64,000 nucleotides of DNA, from the NCBI GenBank assembly GCA_036172245.1, contig JAYWIR010000009.1:62001-126000 (forward strand). Reading direction: 5' to 3'. This DNA is from Raillietiella orientalis. Lineage: Eukaryota. Below the pieces are notes generated by a model. It was not told the DNA's origin and searched no databases. It was given only the letters and a program-made list of their open reading frames with translations. Each line of letters starts with the position of its first letter. Position 1 is the stretch's first letter. Shown here in pieces: positions 51,401 through 64,000 of this stretch. Both the position numbers and the translations under genes were made by a program.

Positions 51401-53182
51401 AAGAGAGGGGATTACAGTGATCTCTCTGGCGTCTTCGGCGTCCTCGTTTGGATGCTAGTGAGTTTCTCCGTGAGATGCGCGACGTGCTTCCACCTCGTTG
51501 ACCCTGAAGAAAGAGAAGGTTACAGGAGACACGATGCTTGCGTCGTCATTGCCGTTGCAGCCTCTGGCCGCCACGGAGGCAGCGCGAAGCTGCGACCGCC
51601 GCCGCAGGCAACGTGTCAGCACACGTGAGGAGGCATCTCAGCGATTCTTTCGAGGGTAGACTGTTGAGAGGCACACCCCTCCTACGCATCCCGGAGGGCA
51701 CTAGGCGGCGCACTCCTTAAGCAGCAGTTGCGAAGGGCAGGCGTCTCCCTTTCGCTACTCTGGGAGCATCCTGGGCCCGCCGCTGCCCACCGTCCGGCGG
51801 CGACAGTGCAAGCCGCATGGGACGACCCGCTGCAGCAACCGCAACTCCCTGCCTCTCCCGGAGGAAGCTGTCCGGAAACGCCGCAGGGATTTCGACGTCT
51901 TTCAAGCAGTATGAGAAGGGGGACAGGGCAGCGGGCGGGGATAGAGAGCCGAGGTGGGAGCGATCGGACAAGGGGGACGGAGCTGCGAAGGGGTCCGCAT
52001 TGAGGATCGAGGACTTCCAGACGGGGCCACTGAGACGGAGGCACACGTCTGGGAGGATGTGGCAGAATTCCTGCGGACGCACCACCTCGTCCTGAGCAAT
52101 GGACCGCCCGCGTTGCTGCCCAGCGCCCGCTGCCGGAAGCGGGTACCCACACCCCTCGCTCCAGCTCTGTCTGCCATCAGTGCAAGAGACAACAGTAGTC
52201 TACCGGTGGGGTGGGAGTTTTCCTGCACCATCGCTGGAAAAACAAAACTTCTTGGTAGCTAGAAGGTGTGGGAGCTGGCAGATACTGCCACTCCACGTGC
52301 TATGGCGACGGTACTCCTTCGGTGGAGCAAACTTTTGAGTGTTGTTCCTGAAGGACAGGTGGTCCTTCTTCATTAATTGGACGCTTCACTGTTCCCGCTC
52401 TCCCGGAAGCGGGACGTGCTGCACTTCCTCCACTGGGGATTCCAGTGCAACGAGCAGCGGCACCGAGTTTCCGCAGGGATTGTTTCCCCTAACTGTGCCA
52501 GGTGCACTCGGCGGAGTTGATCCCGCCTCACCTGCTTTTGAACTGCGGTGCCATCCAAGGAACTGTGGCGGAGACTGGCAGCACTCCTGCACCGGGAAAA
52601 CACTGCTCGAGATGAGCTGCGATGGTTCTTCGCACCGGGAGGACTCTCGAAAAGCGCAGTGATCGCAACCACGGTTTGCGTCCGTGCCATCGCTGCGGCC
52701 CGACAGGTACTGGAAACCACGCAGCAAAAGGTAGTTAGCAGGATGGCAGCCGCACACATCAGGACAGCTGCAGGGTGGCCTCACCGGGAAGAAGATGCAA
52801 AGGAGCAGATCGTCGGCAGCCACCGTCGATTGATGGACAGTTAGGAACTATGACCCTTGCCCCCTCCCACCCTTTATTTTTTTCTCTCATTACCATCCCC
52901 GTTCGCGTCGTAACTTTCCTGGTGCTCTTTATTTGATCCTGGTGCACACGTAGCGACCCAATGATCCCTGTCCCATCCCATCCTCTTTCTTTCATTATTA
53001 TTATTTTTTGTTTTTGTTTTCCCCTTGTCCCTCCCCCGTTCTGGACTGTCTGTTGTTCCGGCCTGCGTGGCAGTGGTCCCTCCCCTTGAACTTCTGTTGT
53101 CGTCGGTTGGGAGCTGGGTTCCCAACTGATTTATTTTTTAAAAAATAAACGCCCCGGCGTGAGCGGGTGAGAAAACTCATTC
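48500..53182 (+). mobile_element. Degenerate R2-like REL retrotransposon with ~1.2 kb downstream ORF region and 3' UTR
   Basis: RT remnant SGPQGQTMAVDVRRGK (~50.07 kb). GC-rich decayed coding. Downstream ORF ends at 52844, then pyrimidine-rich UTR and AATAAACGCCCCGGCGTGAGCGGGTGAGAAAACTC end. 5' boundary uncertain. Confidence 0.55.
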
Positions 53183-54974
53183 GAGTCGGCTTGGAGACGC
53201 ACCCCGTTTCTCCGCTCGCTTCCGACCTCTCTCTTCGGAGTTTCCGTGGTCGGTGGGGTCCTTCGCATCTTCGGGAGGAGCAGCCCCTCATTCGGATCGT
53301 CACCGCTGCAAACCGTCCGGCCCTTGCACTTTCATCACGGACTACGCTCACATGCTACCAGACTGGAAAGATTACACTCGACGGAAAGATTCCCTCTTGG
53401 AAGAATTCTTGTGTGTCTTGGATGCGCAAGATAATTCGCATGACTCTATCGGACCATTTCAATTACTTATTGTAAGACCTCGAGGGGGAGGGGGAAGAAT
53501 CAAATTAAAAAAGCAGCACGCAGCTTGGATTCAGCAAGCAGATAGTAAAATGATACATTGTAGCATCCGATCCGAAAGAGGCTCCACAGTCTCGTTATCA
53601 GCGAGGGTTATAATGTACGAGAATGCGGCGTGTCTGCACTGTGTGACGTCACACACTTCCTCTTCTCTCGGACGTCTTCGGTTGGCGATACCAGTCATCA
53701 CACGCCCGTTTGGTTGCGATAAAAACCGTCGAGGTGCTCTTTGGCTTTTCCAGTCGCTGGACTCGAAAGGAGTTTCTTGCTCGAAATTTCCCCTTTGAAG
53801 CTTTCTGTTACGATTTCTTCCATTTTTCGTCTGCATGCGGAGAGACTGGGCAAACCCAATGGAAATCTGAGGTTTTCGAAGACTCCCCCACGTTGCAGGC
53901 TGCAGAAAATCAGCGAGCAAAATCTTTCCCTTCTCTGCTTTCTCAGCTGATTTTGCAGTTTGCTCGTCTTTTTATCTTGGCTCGGATTGGAAAAGGTTGC
54001 TCTTTGAGCGTGAGAAGGAGGAAGACGAAAGCGAAAGATTGGGCGCACTCGATTGCACCTGCAATCCGGAACAACTGATGCAAATCTCCACGGATGCTCC
54101 GAGAGCGAGGGGAAAAGGCATTCTGTGCAAGCAAGTCAGTCACTTTGAACAGCAAACTTCGAAGGGGCTCCAAATCGAAACTTTCTCACGAAGATGTTAG
54201 CCCAACTCTCTAGTGGGCGTGTTGTGCACGGCTACGTGTCTGCTACCACAACAAGCCTTGCTGAAGAGCTTCAGCAAAAACGTCAGCAACCAAAGACAAC
54301 TGTGTCTTTTTTCGTCATTTCTTTCCTTTTTTTTTTTTTTTTTTCGTTTCCACTTTCTGCAGAACTTTTTTTGCCTGCTGGCCTTAATTTTTAACGTTGT
54401 TTTTTTGATGTTGCGGTTGCATTTCGTTTCTTCAAGAAGCGATAATCGCGAGCGGTACTCTTTCTTATCGTTTCAAAGAGCATTTTCATGAGATTGTGAA
54501 TGTCGCGTAGGGGAGATAAAGCCAAAACGAGATAAATCCATGGGCACACTAAAGCAATATGCGAATTACACAACTCATTTTGCGTGATCATTTGAGCGAT
54601 TTGCTGGTCATTCCATTCGTGTTGCTGCTTGCGACTCATCTTGAAGTGTCAGGTTCCAGTTTCATGAGTTCTTCCAAACTCGCACATTTGAAGTCATCGT
54701 GCTGCAGCATCGAGGGTTTATCTGGTCGGAGCGTCGGTTATCAGAATTGGAGAATGAAAACGATGCTGCAGGAGTTCAGTGTCGGAATCACGCAAGAAGC
54801 GTACATCATAGTGTTCTTTTTTTTTTTTTTTTAAAGGCCAGTAGCGACCCCCACGAGGAGATCGTTACTATTGGCCTAGGACGATGGAAATCCTTGGGTT
54901 CTTCTTTTTTCTTCTGTATGCTGTTTTTCTTTCAGCTTTTTTTTTTTTTTTTTTTAAGAGTTTTCTTTTTTTTT

Positions 54975-55900
54975 GGTTCGCTAAGTACCTCAGAGCCGGT
55001 CGCGTGCCTCGCGGCGCACGTGGCTCTTTTTAAACACACTGTTTTGTTTCCACGCCCCTCCGCCCGCGGCAACCCGCAAGGGGACGTGTAATCCTTCAGA
55101 ATAGGGGGCACCCCGGGATGGGGGTCCGCCCTATGAATCCAGGAAGGACTCGGAGTCTGTTCCTCTCACACTTGGGGAGGGATCCCCCCGGACAGGGGGG
55201 ATCGCACCTCCCACCCTGGTTGTCTCCGAAGGGGAACCCCGAAGGGAATCTCCCCTTCATCATTCTCTCCGGAGGGACACCCCCTGGGAGAGGGGTGGTC
55301 CTCTCCATTTCAACTTCTCCGAAGGGAACCCGGAAAGGATCCGCTTGTAGGAATTTCTTCTCCGGAGGGAACCCGCAAGGGAACTGCTCCTGTTCACTCC
55401 TCTGAAGAGAACTCCGAAGGGACGCTTCCGAAACTCAGAAGGGGCTCTGCAGCTTTCCGCAGGGAATCGCTCTCGCTGGCTTCCTTGCACTTTTCTGGAG
55501 AGAGAGCGACTCGGAGGGTCCCCCCCGCAACAGAGGGAGGTACGCTCCTTTAAGCAACTGTAGAGGTGCCCGTGAGGGCTCCTGCTCCATCTTGAAACGG
55601 GAAGGGTCCCCACGGTGTGGGGGTTCGCTCTCCGTTGCACGACAGGAGGGGGAACTCCCCACTCCTTTATTCCTGGGAGGACCCGCAGGTCGACTCCCAT
55701 TGTTCCGGCCTTCATCGGTGGCCTCCGGTTTAAACCACCACCGGCGCCACGCCCGAATGTCTCGGCCAACCACGCCATTGCAGGAGAAACTCGGAACCCA
55801 ACGACGCAGTGGCGTCAGAGTTTCTGCCGAAGTATTCGAACCCGCGAGGCACGGTGCCACACACGGAAGCCTTAACCACAAAGCCTCCGACTCGGGCGAA
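54975..55900 (-). mobile_element. 3' end of REL-family element: downstream-ORF C-terminus, hairpin-array UTR, terminal stem-loop, A-rich tail
   Basis: ASLGSEFLLQWRGWPRH resembles the downstream-ORF C-terminus. Terminal motif shared with 7049-7107. Poly(T) on the + strand abuts 54975. Confidence 0.65.
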
Positions 55901-56777
55901 GTGTTCTTTTGAGGCTTGCTCTTGGTCCACAGAGTTCATCGCGCTGCCAACAGCACAGTTATGCTGCTGCAAACTGTTTGTCCAAAATACGATGCACTGA
56001 ATTTTCATTGTGTGTTGGTGCTGCAAGGTGGATGATGCACGGATGGCTGTGTGAGGAATTGCATTACATTGTGACCATCCATTGCACTGAACTTTGCATA
56101 TCCTTTCGAAATGAAGCAAATGAAAAATTTCTCTGCTGCACTCCAAAGGCGGATTACATGGATTTAGTTTTCGGAAGGGATGTGCCTGATTAGGAAAAGA
56201 AAGGCAATGTGCATCGTCGGAATCGAGTTTCCACTGGCTTCGACTTTAGAACAGCCGCAGCACTCTCCATGCAGACAAATCTGAAGAACAGGCATCACAG
56301 TGTGTTCACCCACTCTGGTATTTTGAGTGAAGTGGTTCTAAAACGATTTTGCTTTTTCATCTGATTTTGCAAGATCGTCGTCTTTTTTCTCAAATTATCC
56401 ATCACACTGGAAATGAGAATCTTTCGGCCGTCGGCAATTAAGTTAGTCTGATAGACGGAAGTTAGCGCATCACGTTTTCTCGAGGGTTCAGGATGGTTAT
56501 GACAACCAAGTTTTTGCTATTGACCTTCAGAGGCGCGATAAATACAATCAGAAGTACTTTCGACTTTTTACTTATTTTTATCATCGAAGAATTAATCCAC
56601 CCTACCTAATGTACTCTTCTTTCGGGGTGTCTGTTTTTCGAAATGCCATCATTTAATGACGCCTTCTTCCCGTATCATTGAAAGGCTCGCTGAAGATCAC
56701 TGTGCTCAAGGCTAGAGGAAGTTTTCCATCTATGAGACTTGTGCTGAGCTCGTCTTCTGGTTACGAACACACTTCGT

Positions 56778-57060
56778 AAGTTTGCTTATCACCCGGATAT
56801 GCCGGGGGGCATTTTTTATTAAAAAAAAAATTTACAAACATTCTATAATAAAGTCTATGAATTAATATCAGGCAGAACTCGTGGTTCTGCTTGTCTTGGG
56901 ACACTTGCCGTTACCGGCCCGCAGGCCGGTGCGGTCCTCTCTGTTGGCGATGGGAAAGGGAAAACCACAAAAAGAAAATTAAACAAAAACAAGAGGGGAG
57001 GGCGGGAGAGGGATCACCGCTCGCCGCGAGTGGTCCTCTGCACCCGGTTATGGATCCGGA
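56778..57060 (-). mobile_element. Solo 3' UTR copy of the 52.96-53.18 kb element end
   Basis: Reverse complement shares TGATCCCT.TCCC, GTTTTCCC, CCGGCCTGCG and AATAAA..GCCCC(CC)GGC-N5-C.GGGTGA..AAAC with 52960-53180. Confidence 0.7.
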
Positions 57061-58975
57061 CAAGTGCTGGTCGTAAAGTCCGTAGCCGGCTCCATCGGGA
57101 AGCCATCGGAAGTTTGCTACGAGTCTTTCTCTGACTTTTGTTCCTGATTGTTATCAGTTGACATTAGGTTGGGATTCATCGGCAAGCCAAGCACAAACCA
57201 ATATAACTCATGAAACAGCTGCCTATCGACAGAGTTCTCCCAATCTCCCTAAACAGTTATGAGCCCCCGTTTGGGTGTATTTCCAAATGAACTTTTGAAG
57301 TTAAATGATTATATCAGCTATTTCTCAGGGAGGACTTTTGTTTTAATTCGAAATGATTAATTTAACTGATATTGAGAAATCCTTATCGAAATGCGTAGGC
57401 ACATTTCGTGATTATTCAGAGATAGAATGTGAGTGCAGAACTAATTTGACTGCAGTTAGAAGCCATTGTGCAACCGAACGAATCCCTCTAATGGATGGTG
57501 TTGGAAGGCACGAGCAAGGGTACCTGGATGGCAGGTCTTCATTTCAACCACCGATCACTAAACAGCATACGAAACACCAATACAAACTCTTCTTGAGGGG
57601 TGCTGCACTCCCTTGCGGTAAATGCAAAAATAAAGTGTTCCTCTGAAAGGCTAGAGTCGACATATTTTTGCTTTCTTCACTGTTCGTGCAATCCGGTCAC
57701 AAAATGCTTGTCTGAATAGCACTATGAAATGCTCTTCTGAGGATGATTTGAAATGACGCACAATGCAGTTAAGCTTTCCGTAATTTCAGCGTTTTAGAGG
57801 AGACTAATCTGAATCCGTATCATGCACCAGACACGTATACAAAGGTAATCATAAACGTACAGTTTAATTTGCAAGCTGTGGAAACATTGAACCTTCCAAC
57901 TGTTTGCAGAATCGGGTTTAGTTGCCAACAGAATAACCATTGTTTGGAGTGTCTGAAATGAAACCCATGCAAAAGGCTGACCCTGACTTTCTTCGAGGGT
58001 AGCTCAAGAGTGCACTGTAAACATGCTCTTGCAAACCTGCACGTGTTAAAGATTTCTAATATGCTCCTACGTAACGTGGATTTCCTGCAAATGATCTGTG
58101 GCTGGTGAAACTTTCGGTCGGAAAACCATCACGCGCCCAGTTGAGGTAGCCTGAGGAGGGAAGATGTATGATTTCATGTCCGCGGTCTGTATATGCAGGA
58201 AATGCATTTAAGGAATCTGAGGGCCGTCAGAAAGCAGCCGCCGCACCAAAACTAAGAGCAGATATATGGTTTCGAATAGTCGTTGCAACGCAGTAGCCAC
58301 CTCGCCAAAATGAGAAGTTTCAAAACTTTGTACTTAGGCCTACGTCGTTTTCGCGGTTTTGTGCGCTCCAATGCCATCTTTAAGTTGGCGTTTGAAAACT
58401 GGCGCTTGCCTCCCCCCTTCGAAAAACGAAAAAAAACAAAATGCCTCACAAGGAAACGGTATGAGAAGGTGTTATGGAAAATCGTTTGTAAAGTGTCTCA
58501 GATCAGCGGATCAGGGCGTATCATCAGAATACCGCTTCATTCTTGGCGATATCCCTCGTTTGAAAAATTTCGGGGCAAGAATTAGATGAAAAGTGCTGCA
58601 GCTGTGGTTAAGCAAAAAACCCTCTTTTTACTCTGTCAAGTAACACGTAGTGAATTGTGCTTACACTTTGGGTTGAAGTGCTGTAAATTATCGAGTGTCG
58701 CGTCTGTTGCATTTGAGAAATCACTTATGTGGTTTTATGTTGAATTTCTTATACATTTTGAGTTTTATATAAGAAACACTTGCAAATTGTTGATAATTGT
58801 CTTCTGATTGAGTTCCTTACCAAAAGCATTTCAGAAATGAAGAAAGCATTAACGTGCAAAGGGATGTTTATATACATGTTTTTTAAGTGGCAATCAATGA
58901 CAATGTAAGCACAATTTGTATTGCAAGTATTTTCAAGGGACCTCCTTGTCAGTGAGAAAATCACCAAGAACTAAC

Positions 58976-60492
58976 ATGTCTACACTGATGAATGATTTGA
59001 ATGTGTCCCTAATCACAAAGCTTCAGGGTCATGAGGCAGCAATTACTTCCATTTCCTTTAACCCCATCCTTGGCTTGAAACAGATTGCCACTGCCAGTCA
59101 AGATAAGAGTATCATGCTTTGTAACATTGACAATGTGCGAGCCTATAAATTTTCTGGCCATAAAGATCAGGTTTTGGATGTGTGTTTCTCACCTGGAGGG
59201 AAATTGTTTGCCTCAGCTTCATTAGACAAAACTGTTCGTTTATGGTGCCCAGACTACAAGGTGCTATATCCTTGCTCTAGTGTAGTTACTTGTTTGCCTT
59301 GCTGATTGATGTGATGTTTTTAGAAAGATGTTAGCTCTACAGAGTTCCGGGCTCACAGTGCAGCGGTGCGTTCTGTGTCATTTTCTCCTGATGGACAGAA
59401 GATGATTACATGCTCAGATGACAAAACTGTCAAGGCATGGGTGGTGTGCAAGCAGAAGTTTTTGTTTTCTTTCAATGATCACACCAACTGGGTGCGATGT
59501 GCCAGAATCTCACCAGATGAAAAATTGCTGGCATCAGCTTCAGATGACAAAAGTGTGCGTGTATATGATCTGAATTCACGTGTTGCTCTTGCAAAATTCT
59601 GTGATCTCAAAGCAGCTGTCCTGCATGCAGAGTTCCACCCACACAGTGTATACATAGCAGCTGCATATACCGATGGTACAGTAAAACTATTTGATATGCG
59701 TATGCGCAAGCTTCTTCAGCTGTACGCAGAGCATGAAAAGAAAGTGCAAAGATTAGCTTTCCACCCAAGTGGAAACATTCTATTGTCATGTTCTGATGAT
59801 GCAAAGATTAATGCAATGGACTTACGAGAAGCCACAAAGATCTGCAGCATTCTAGATCACAAGGCTGCTGTGCTTGGATTAGCATTCTCAAAAGATGGAA
59901 ATTATTTTGCTTCAGGAGGTGCAGAGAAACATCTTTTTGTGTTTGAACATAATCTGCATGAATTGCCCTCTGACTGTGTGGATGTACCTCAGGATGCAAG
60001 CTTAAATATCGCCACTACAAAACCTGATGCTAAAGAGAAAAGTACTCAAAATATTGTGAATACTGAGACTCAGAGTAAGTAAGCTCATTTTTATTTTGGA
60101 GGACAAGTTCCAACCATCAGTTTTTTAGCTGCATTTCCTAGTGGTCCTGAAGAATTTGTGCTGCATGAACATGAAACAGATAGTAGCTTCTGTAGTATTG
60201 GTAATGTGAATATGGAATCTGCTGCTCACCACTGTAATCTTCATCCAGTAGTGGATGCTTTAGTTTCTGAGGCAAGGAGGCCCTTTTTTTTCTCTCTATC
60301 TCCCTCGTTTTCCGTTCAACAGCATTTTTGTTTTAGGTGGACATGCTCACACAGACACTTCTCATGCTGGAAAAGAGACTTTCTATTGCAGAATCAAAGT
60401 TACAGGCTATGCAGCAAACATCATTGCCACATAATGAAGGATGCAATCACCACAGCCATAAACAAGTGCCATTGTCACCACATAAAGAATAA
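58976..60492 (+). CDS. POC1: POC1 centriolar WD40 protein with C-terminal Poc1 coiled-coil
   Basis: WD40 repeats (RAYKFSGHKD, FRAHSAAVRSV, FSFNDHTNWVRCARISPD, LFDMRMRKLLQLY, FHPSGN) and Poc1 motif VDMLTQTLLMLEKRLSIAESKL. Exons ~58976-59260, 59324-60074, 60129-60271, 60337-60492. AATAAA at 60491. Confidence 0.93.
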
Positions 60493-63449
60493 TAAATCAA
60501 ATTCTATTTTGGCTTTCAAATTAATCAAATACACCATGACTGGTGTATTTACTATATGGGTGTATTACTTGAAATCCGTGATGTTTGAAAATCCGAAAAC
60601 TGAGATGACAAATTGGTTTTATTTTGAAAAGCTGAAGCAACCACTCCATTGCTTACTATGTTAGCAATATTTGGGTCATGAGCATTATGTCTTGAAGGTA
60701 CCCTTTTTATTCCCTTTAATGCATTGCCTTGAATACTTCAACGATCATCTCTAATGCCAACCCCTAACTGGCTGCTTAATTACCTGTACTTCCTGATGGC
60801 TTGTGCATAGATTAGTCAGATCTTCGGGGCACTAGTGATGGTTGCCCGATATTGCAGGAGCGCGTTCTCGTTTTTCTTCCTCAAAAAGAGCGGAATAGCG
60901 ACGAGGAATTCAGGCAGCGGGGCAACTAGACCAGGATTGAGCGTACGCAATGCACTAGGGATTAATCGTGGAGACGAGGCTTCCTTGGCATGGTGCAGGC
61001 AATCGGACGGAAGCCATGTGTTGGTGAAGGCCTGGGAACTTCGCTGACCGGAGTCGAACGGCAGTTGATGCGTGGAATTTGCCTCCACGAGATGCGGTAC
61101 AAATGAAGCTTTTTGCCAAATTGTTTTCTTACGTCACTTTTCCAGTTGGAATTGCGCAATCATATTCTCGTATAAAGTTTTTTTCAGGGGTGGGGTGGGG
61201 TGGACGAGTAGAATTTTAGAGGGCATGAGCCAGTCAGGGCATTGTCTGCAGCTGTGAAACCTGCTTCCGGGTCTATTCGCACCTATCCGTCAAATGAATC
61301 ATTGGTGATTTCTGAAACGGCTGGAGAGAGTAGTTGCTGCAACCCACAGAATAGGAAACGGCAAGAACTCAACTTTCCAGGGTTTTTATAATCACGTGAT
61401 CCAGATTCAGGGGCTACGCTTCGGTGGACGATTTGCTTAGTGCCGAGATGAGGTTTTCATGTTTGTGAAACACACATTGTCTTCAGAGGAATGTATATTC
61501 TAGAACAAACACAGAAATATTCGTTTCGAATATATTCCTCTGAAAGATTCGAAGAAGAAAAAAAAACTTCGCAATGCTCTCGAAAGCTGGTTTCACCCAA
61601 GAAAAGTGTCATGGAAAAAATCTCGTCGCCAAGACTTCGAATCTCTCCTAAAGAAATCTGTAATTTCGTGACATCCCAAAAAGAACTCTTGAATCAAGCA
61701 TAACAAGGGTTTGGAAACATCAACATTAACAGCGGAACGTTAATTCCCACATATGTTAGCCAGCGCACGTCATGAAAGAGTCCATCCATGAGGAAACATC
61801 AAACTGTACACTACAACTCTCTTCACCCCCTTTATCCACTGCCCTGGACAAGCTTGGAAAAAGTGCTGATTTCGATAAGTACAGCAATCCACCGCCTGTG
61901 AAAACTGCATGTTAGCCCCTATAACTATAATTGCTTCAAGGGTTCTTATCCTTTTGCACTCCACTGGCTCCTCTGAGGGGACATTCAAAATGGCACCACA
62001 TCCGCTGAAGGGACTGCATTGTGTTGATGCGTTAGAATGGGGTCCAGAGTTGTGGATTCTTTACCTTGCATACCAAAAATGTGCAACCCGTCCGTCGGCA
62101 TGCAGAGCGCCAACAAGCGCCGTGATGGTTCGCGGTTTCCTCATACAGATCACTGCTCTGCAAGCATTACACAGCGTAAAGTTGCCACCATGATTTCTTA
62201 AAGTTTGCTTCCTTTCGAACAGGACCTCGACTTTTCTATAAAAGTCGGTCTCTAATTGCCATCAATCAGTTGCAAAGCAATTTGCTGAAGATGGATAAAG
62301 AGGAAAGGGATTTGCAGTATTATGTACGGAAAGAAGCTCAACCAGTGAATAAAAATAGAATGGAAGAGTTAGGTATGCGCGATCCTCCCAACTCACCTCA
62401 GTCTGGTTTAAAGACAACGGTGGAATACGAATTCAGCGACTTCTGCCTCGGAATTGCAGACTCAAAGAGCTGATGTTGTCACTCCTCTTTGATGATGAAT
62501 TCGAAACGGCCGTTGACCTCTGATTTTGCAAAGTGACTTTGGAAACTCAGAGATCTACACGTGTGTGCTCCTGTTTCGTCATCATCCAACCCTTTTTTGC
62601 ACTGCGCCGGAACCGAGCAGAATTTTCAAGATGAACTGCTTCTTGGAACTCCAGAACGTGGTGCAGGTTTGCAACCATCCATTTCTATGTGGCAATCAGA
62701 TGAATGATTTCACTGGGATAGTTAATGATTTCGTTTTCAACTTTGCAGTTGAGCTGAACACCTGTCTTGCTTATTCTCCATCATTTCGCTTACCTCACTC
62801 GCTGACACTTTCTTGCTGACGACCTGTGGCTGTTGCAACCACGATTTTCAATGCATCAGCACTCACCGAATCCATGGGGGGAATTTTTTCTGAATTTTCG
62901 CAGATCACGTCGATCGGATGGGCAAAACGACGAGCGAAAAGCCAACCGACCAACACAGTTGATGTGATAACAGGGTCAAGTTTTGGAGTGTGCGAACGGG
63001 AAAGAAGTCTCATACATGCAAGGATGCGGCTCCCCGATGGAGAAATTTCCTAACACCTCCCTCGGAGAGATCGAATTCCAGTTCATCCCGTCTCCTCACA
63101 ACCACTGCCATTGTACAGGGCGAGCGACCTGACAGCTGCCTGTCTCCAAGTCCGGCCTCGAAGAGTGACGCGCCAAGACTGGAGGCGGGCCGGTTTTAAG
63201 CTGCTCATGTGTGTTTGCCGAAAGCAGACAAGTAAATAAACATCCGTCATTCGGAAAGGTCAGGGATCAAACAAAAAGTGTCTCGTAGCCTATCCAGCAA
63301 AATCACTGTGGAGAAGGCTCTCCACAACTCTTTGGCCAAACTAATGATGAACAAAGAACACCTAAGAATAGACACGCGACGGCATGCAGAGAAAAGAAGT
63401 GTCCTTTTTCGTGGAGGACCACAGGTCTGTGTGACGACACGGCGCGGAG

Positions 63450-64000
63450 GAAGGAAGGAGTGACTCTTGCTGAAAGGATCAGGCTGCCCATTGCCATCTC
63501 CTGTCTCTGAGTCAGGCCCTGAATGATGATGAATGATTCATGCAGCTCGTCCCACTAGATGTCAGACTTTGCCTGAGAAGTCTTACGTCCCAGGAGTATC
63601 CTGTCTGGTTGCCTTGTCAACTCATCGGAGTGCTGCATGCAGGTCACAGTCTGCGCAGTTTCCACTGGGGGAAACGGAAGGACCGAAAGTACTCCTTGCA
63701 ACGGAAGCACTCCTTGGAAACGAAATCCTCGAGAGGATGAAAGGCATGACAACCTGATGGAGGCATTCTTAAAAAGCATTAGAGAAACAAAAGCCGATCG
63801 AAGGAGAGTTAGCAAACAGCCGATATTCGAGCAAAGGTGGGAAGGGGAACTGAAAACACTCGCCTGTGGGACTGGGAGAGGTTCGCGAAAGGGCGTTCAC
63901 ATGACGACACCAAGAACCGGGCAACCACAAAGGTGGCGGCGTTCGGTTCTACCTCTGTAAGAGTCCGCTTCACTGCCTACTCGGACATCCACCCTTCAGG
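63450..64000 (+). mobile_element. Possible N-terminal region of another R2-like element, running off the window
   Basis: GETEGPKVLLATEALL loosely resembles the R2 Myb-like W..EE..LLA..EA.L motif. Decayed GC-richer coding. Confidence 0.2.

Noticed and set aside
56900..58600. Possible exons of a gene divergent from POC1
   Set aside because: Candidate exons contain stops and show no identifiable homology.
60800..63300. Short ORFs and exon-like segments downstream of POC1
   Set aside because: No family recognised by eye; needs BLASTX.

Overview
Eukaryotic (invertebrate metazoan) genomic DNA. Compact ~45-70 nt introns, an MSP-like remnant and Utopia/NeSL-type elements would fit a nematode, but the species cannot be fixed from sequence. 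Two host genes are intact and spliced: an ECT2/Pebble BRCT-DH-PH RhoGEF (~42.8-48.1 kb, +) and centriolar POC1 (~59.0-60.5 kb, +). Most of the rest is a graveyard of decayed elements: restriction-like-endonuclease (REL) non-LTR retrotransposons of R2-like and Utopia/NeSL-like type, a Tigger/pogo transposase, a histone H2B pseudogene, and probable wolframin and pepsin-like protease pseudogenes. Three items stand out. (1) An endogenised phenuivirus (Bunyavirales) nucleocapsid gene retains the viral ACACAAAG segment terminus and is followed by a convergent decayed ORF, resembling an ambisense S segment. (2) An intronless, AT-rich, bacterial-type pyrimidine-nucleoside phosphorylase pseudogene is a candidate horizontal transfer. 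(3) A REL retrotransposon family appears to carry an unexplained second ORF downstream of the RT-endonuclease ORF, with conserved 3'-terminal stem-loops. All homology calls are by-eye motif matching, and boundaries of decayed elements are approximate.
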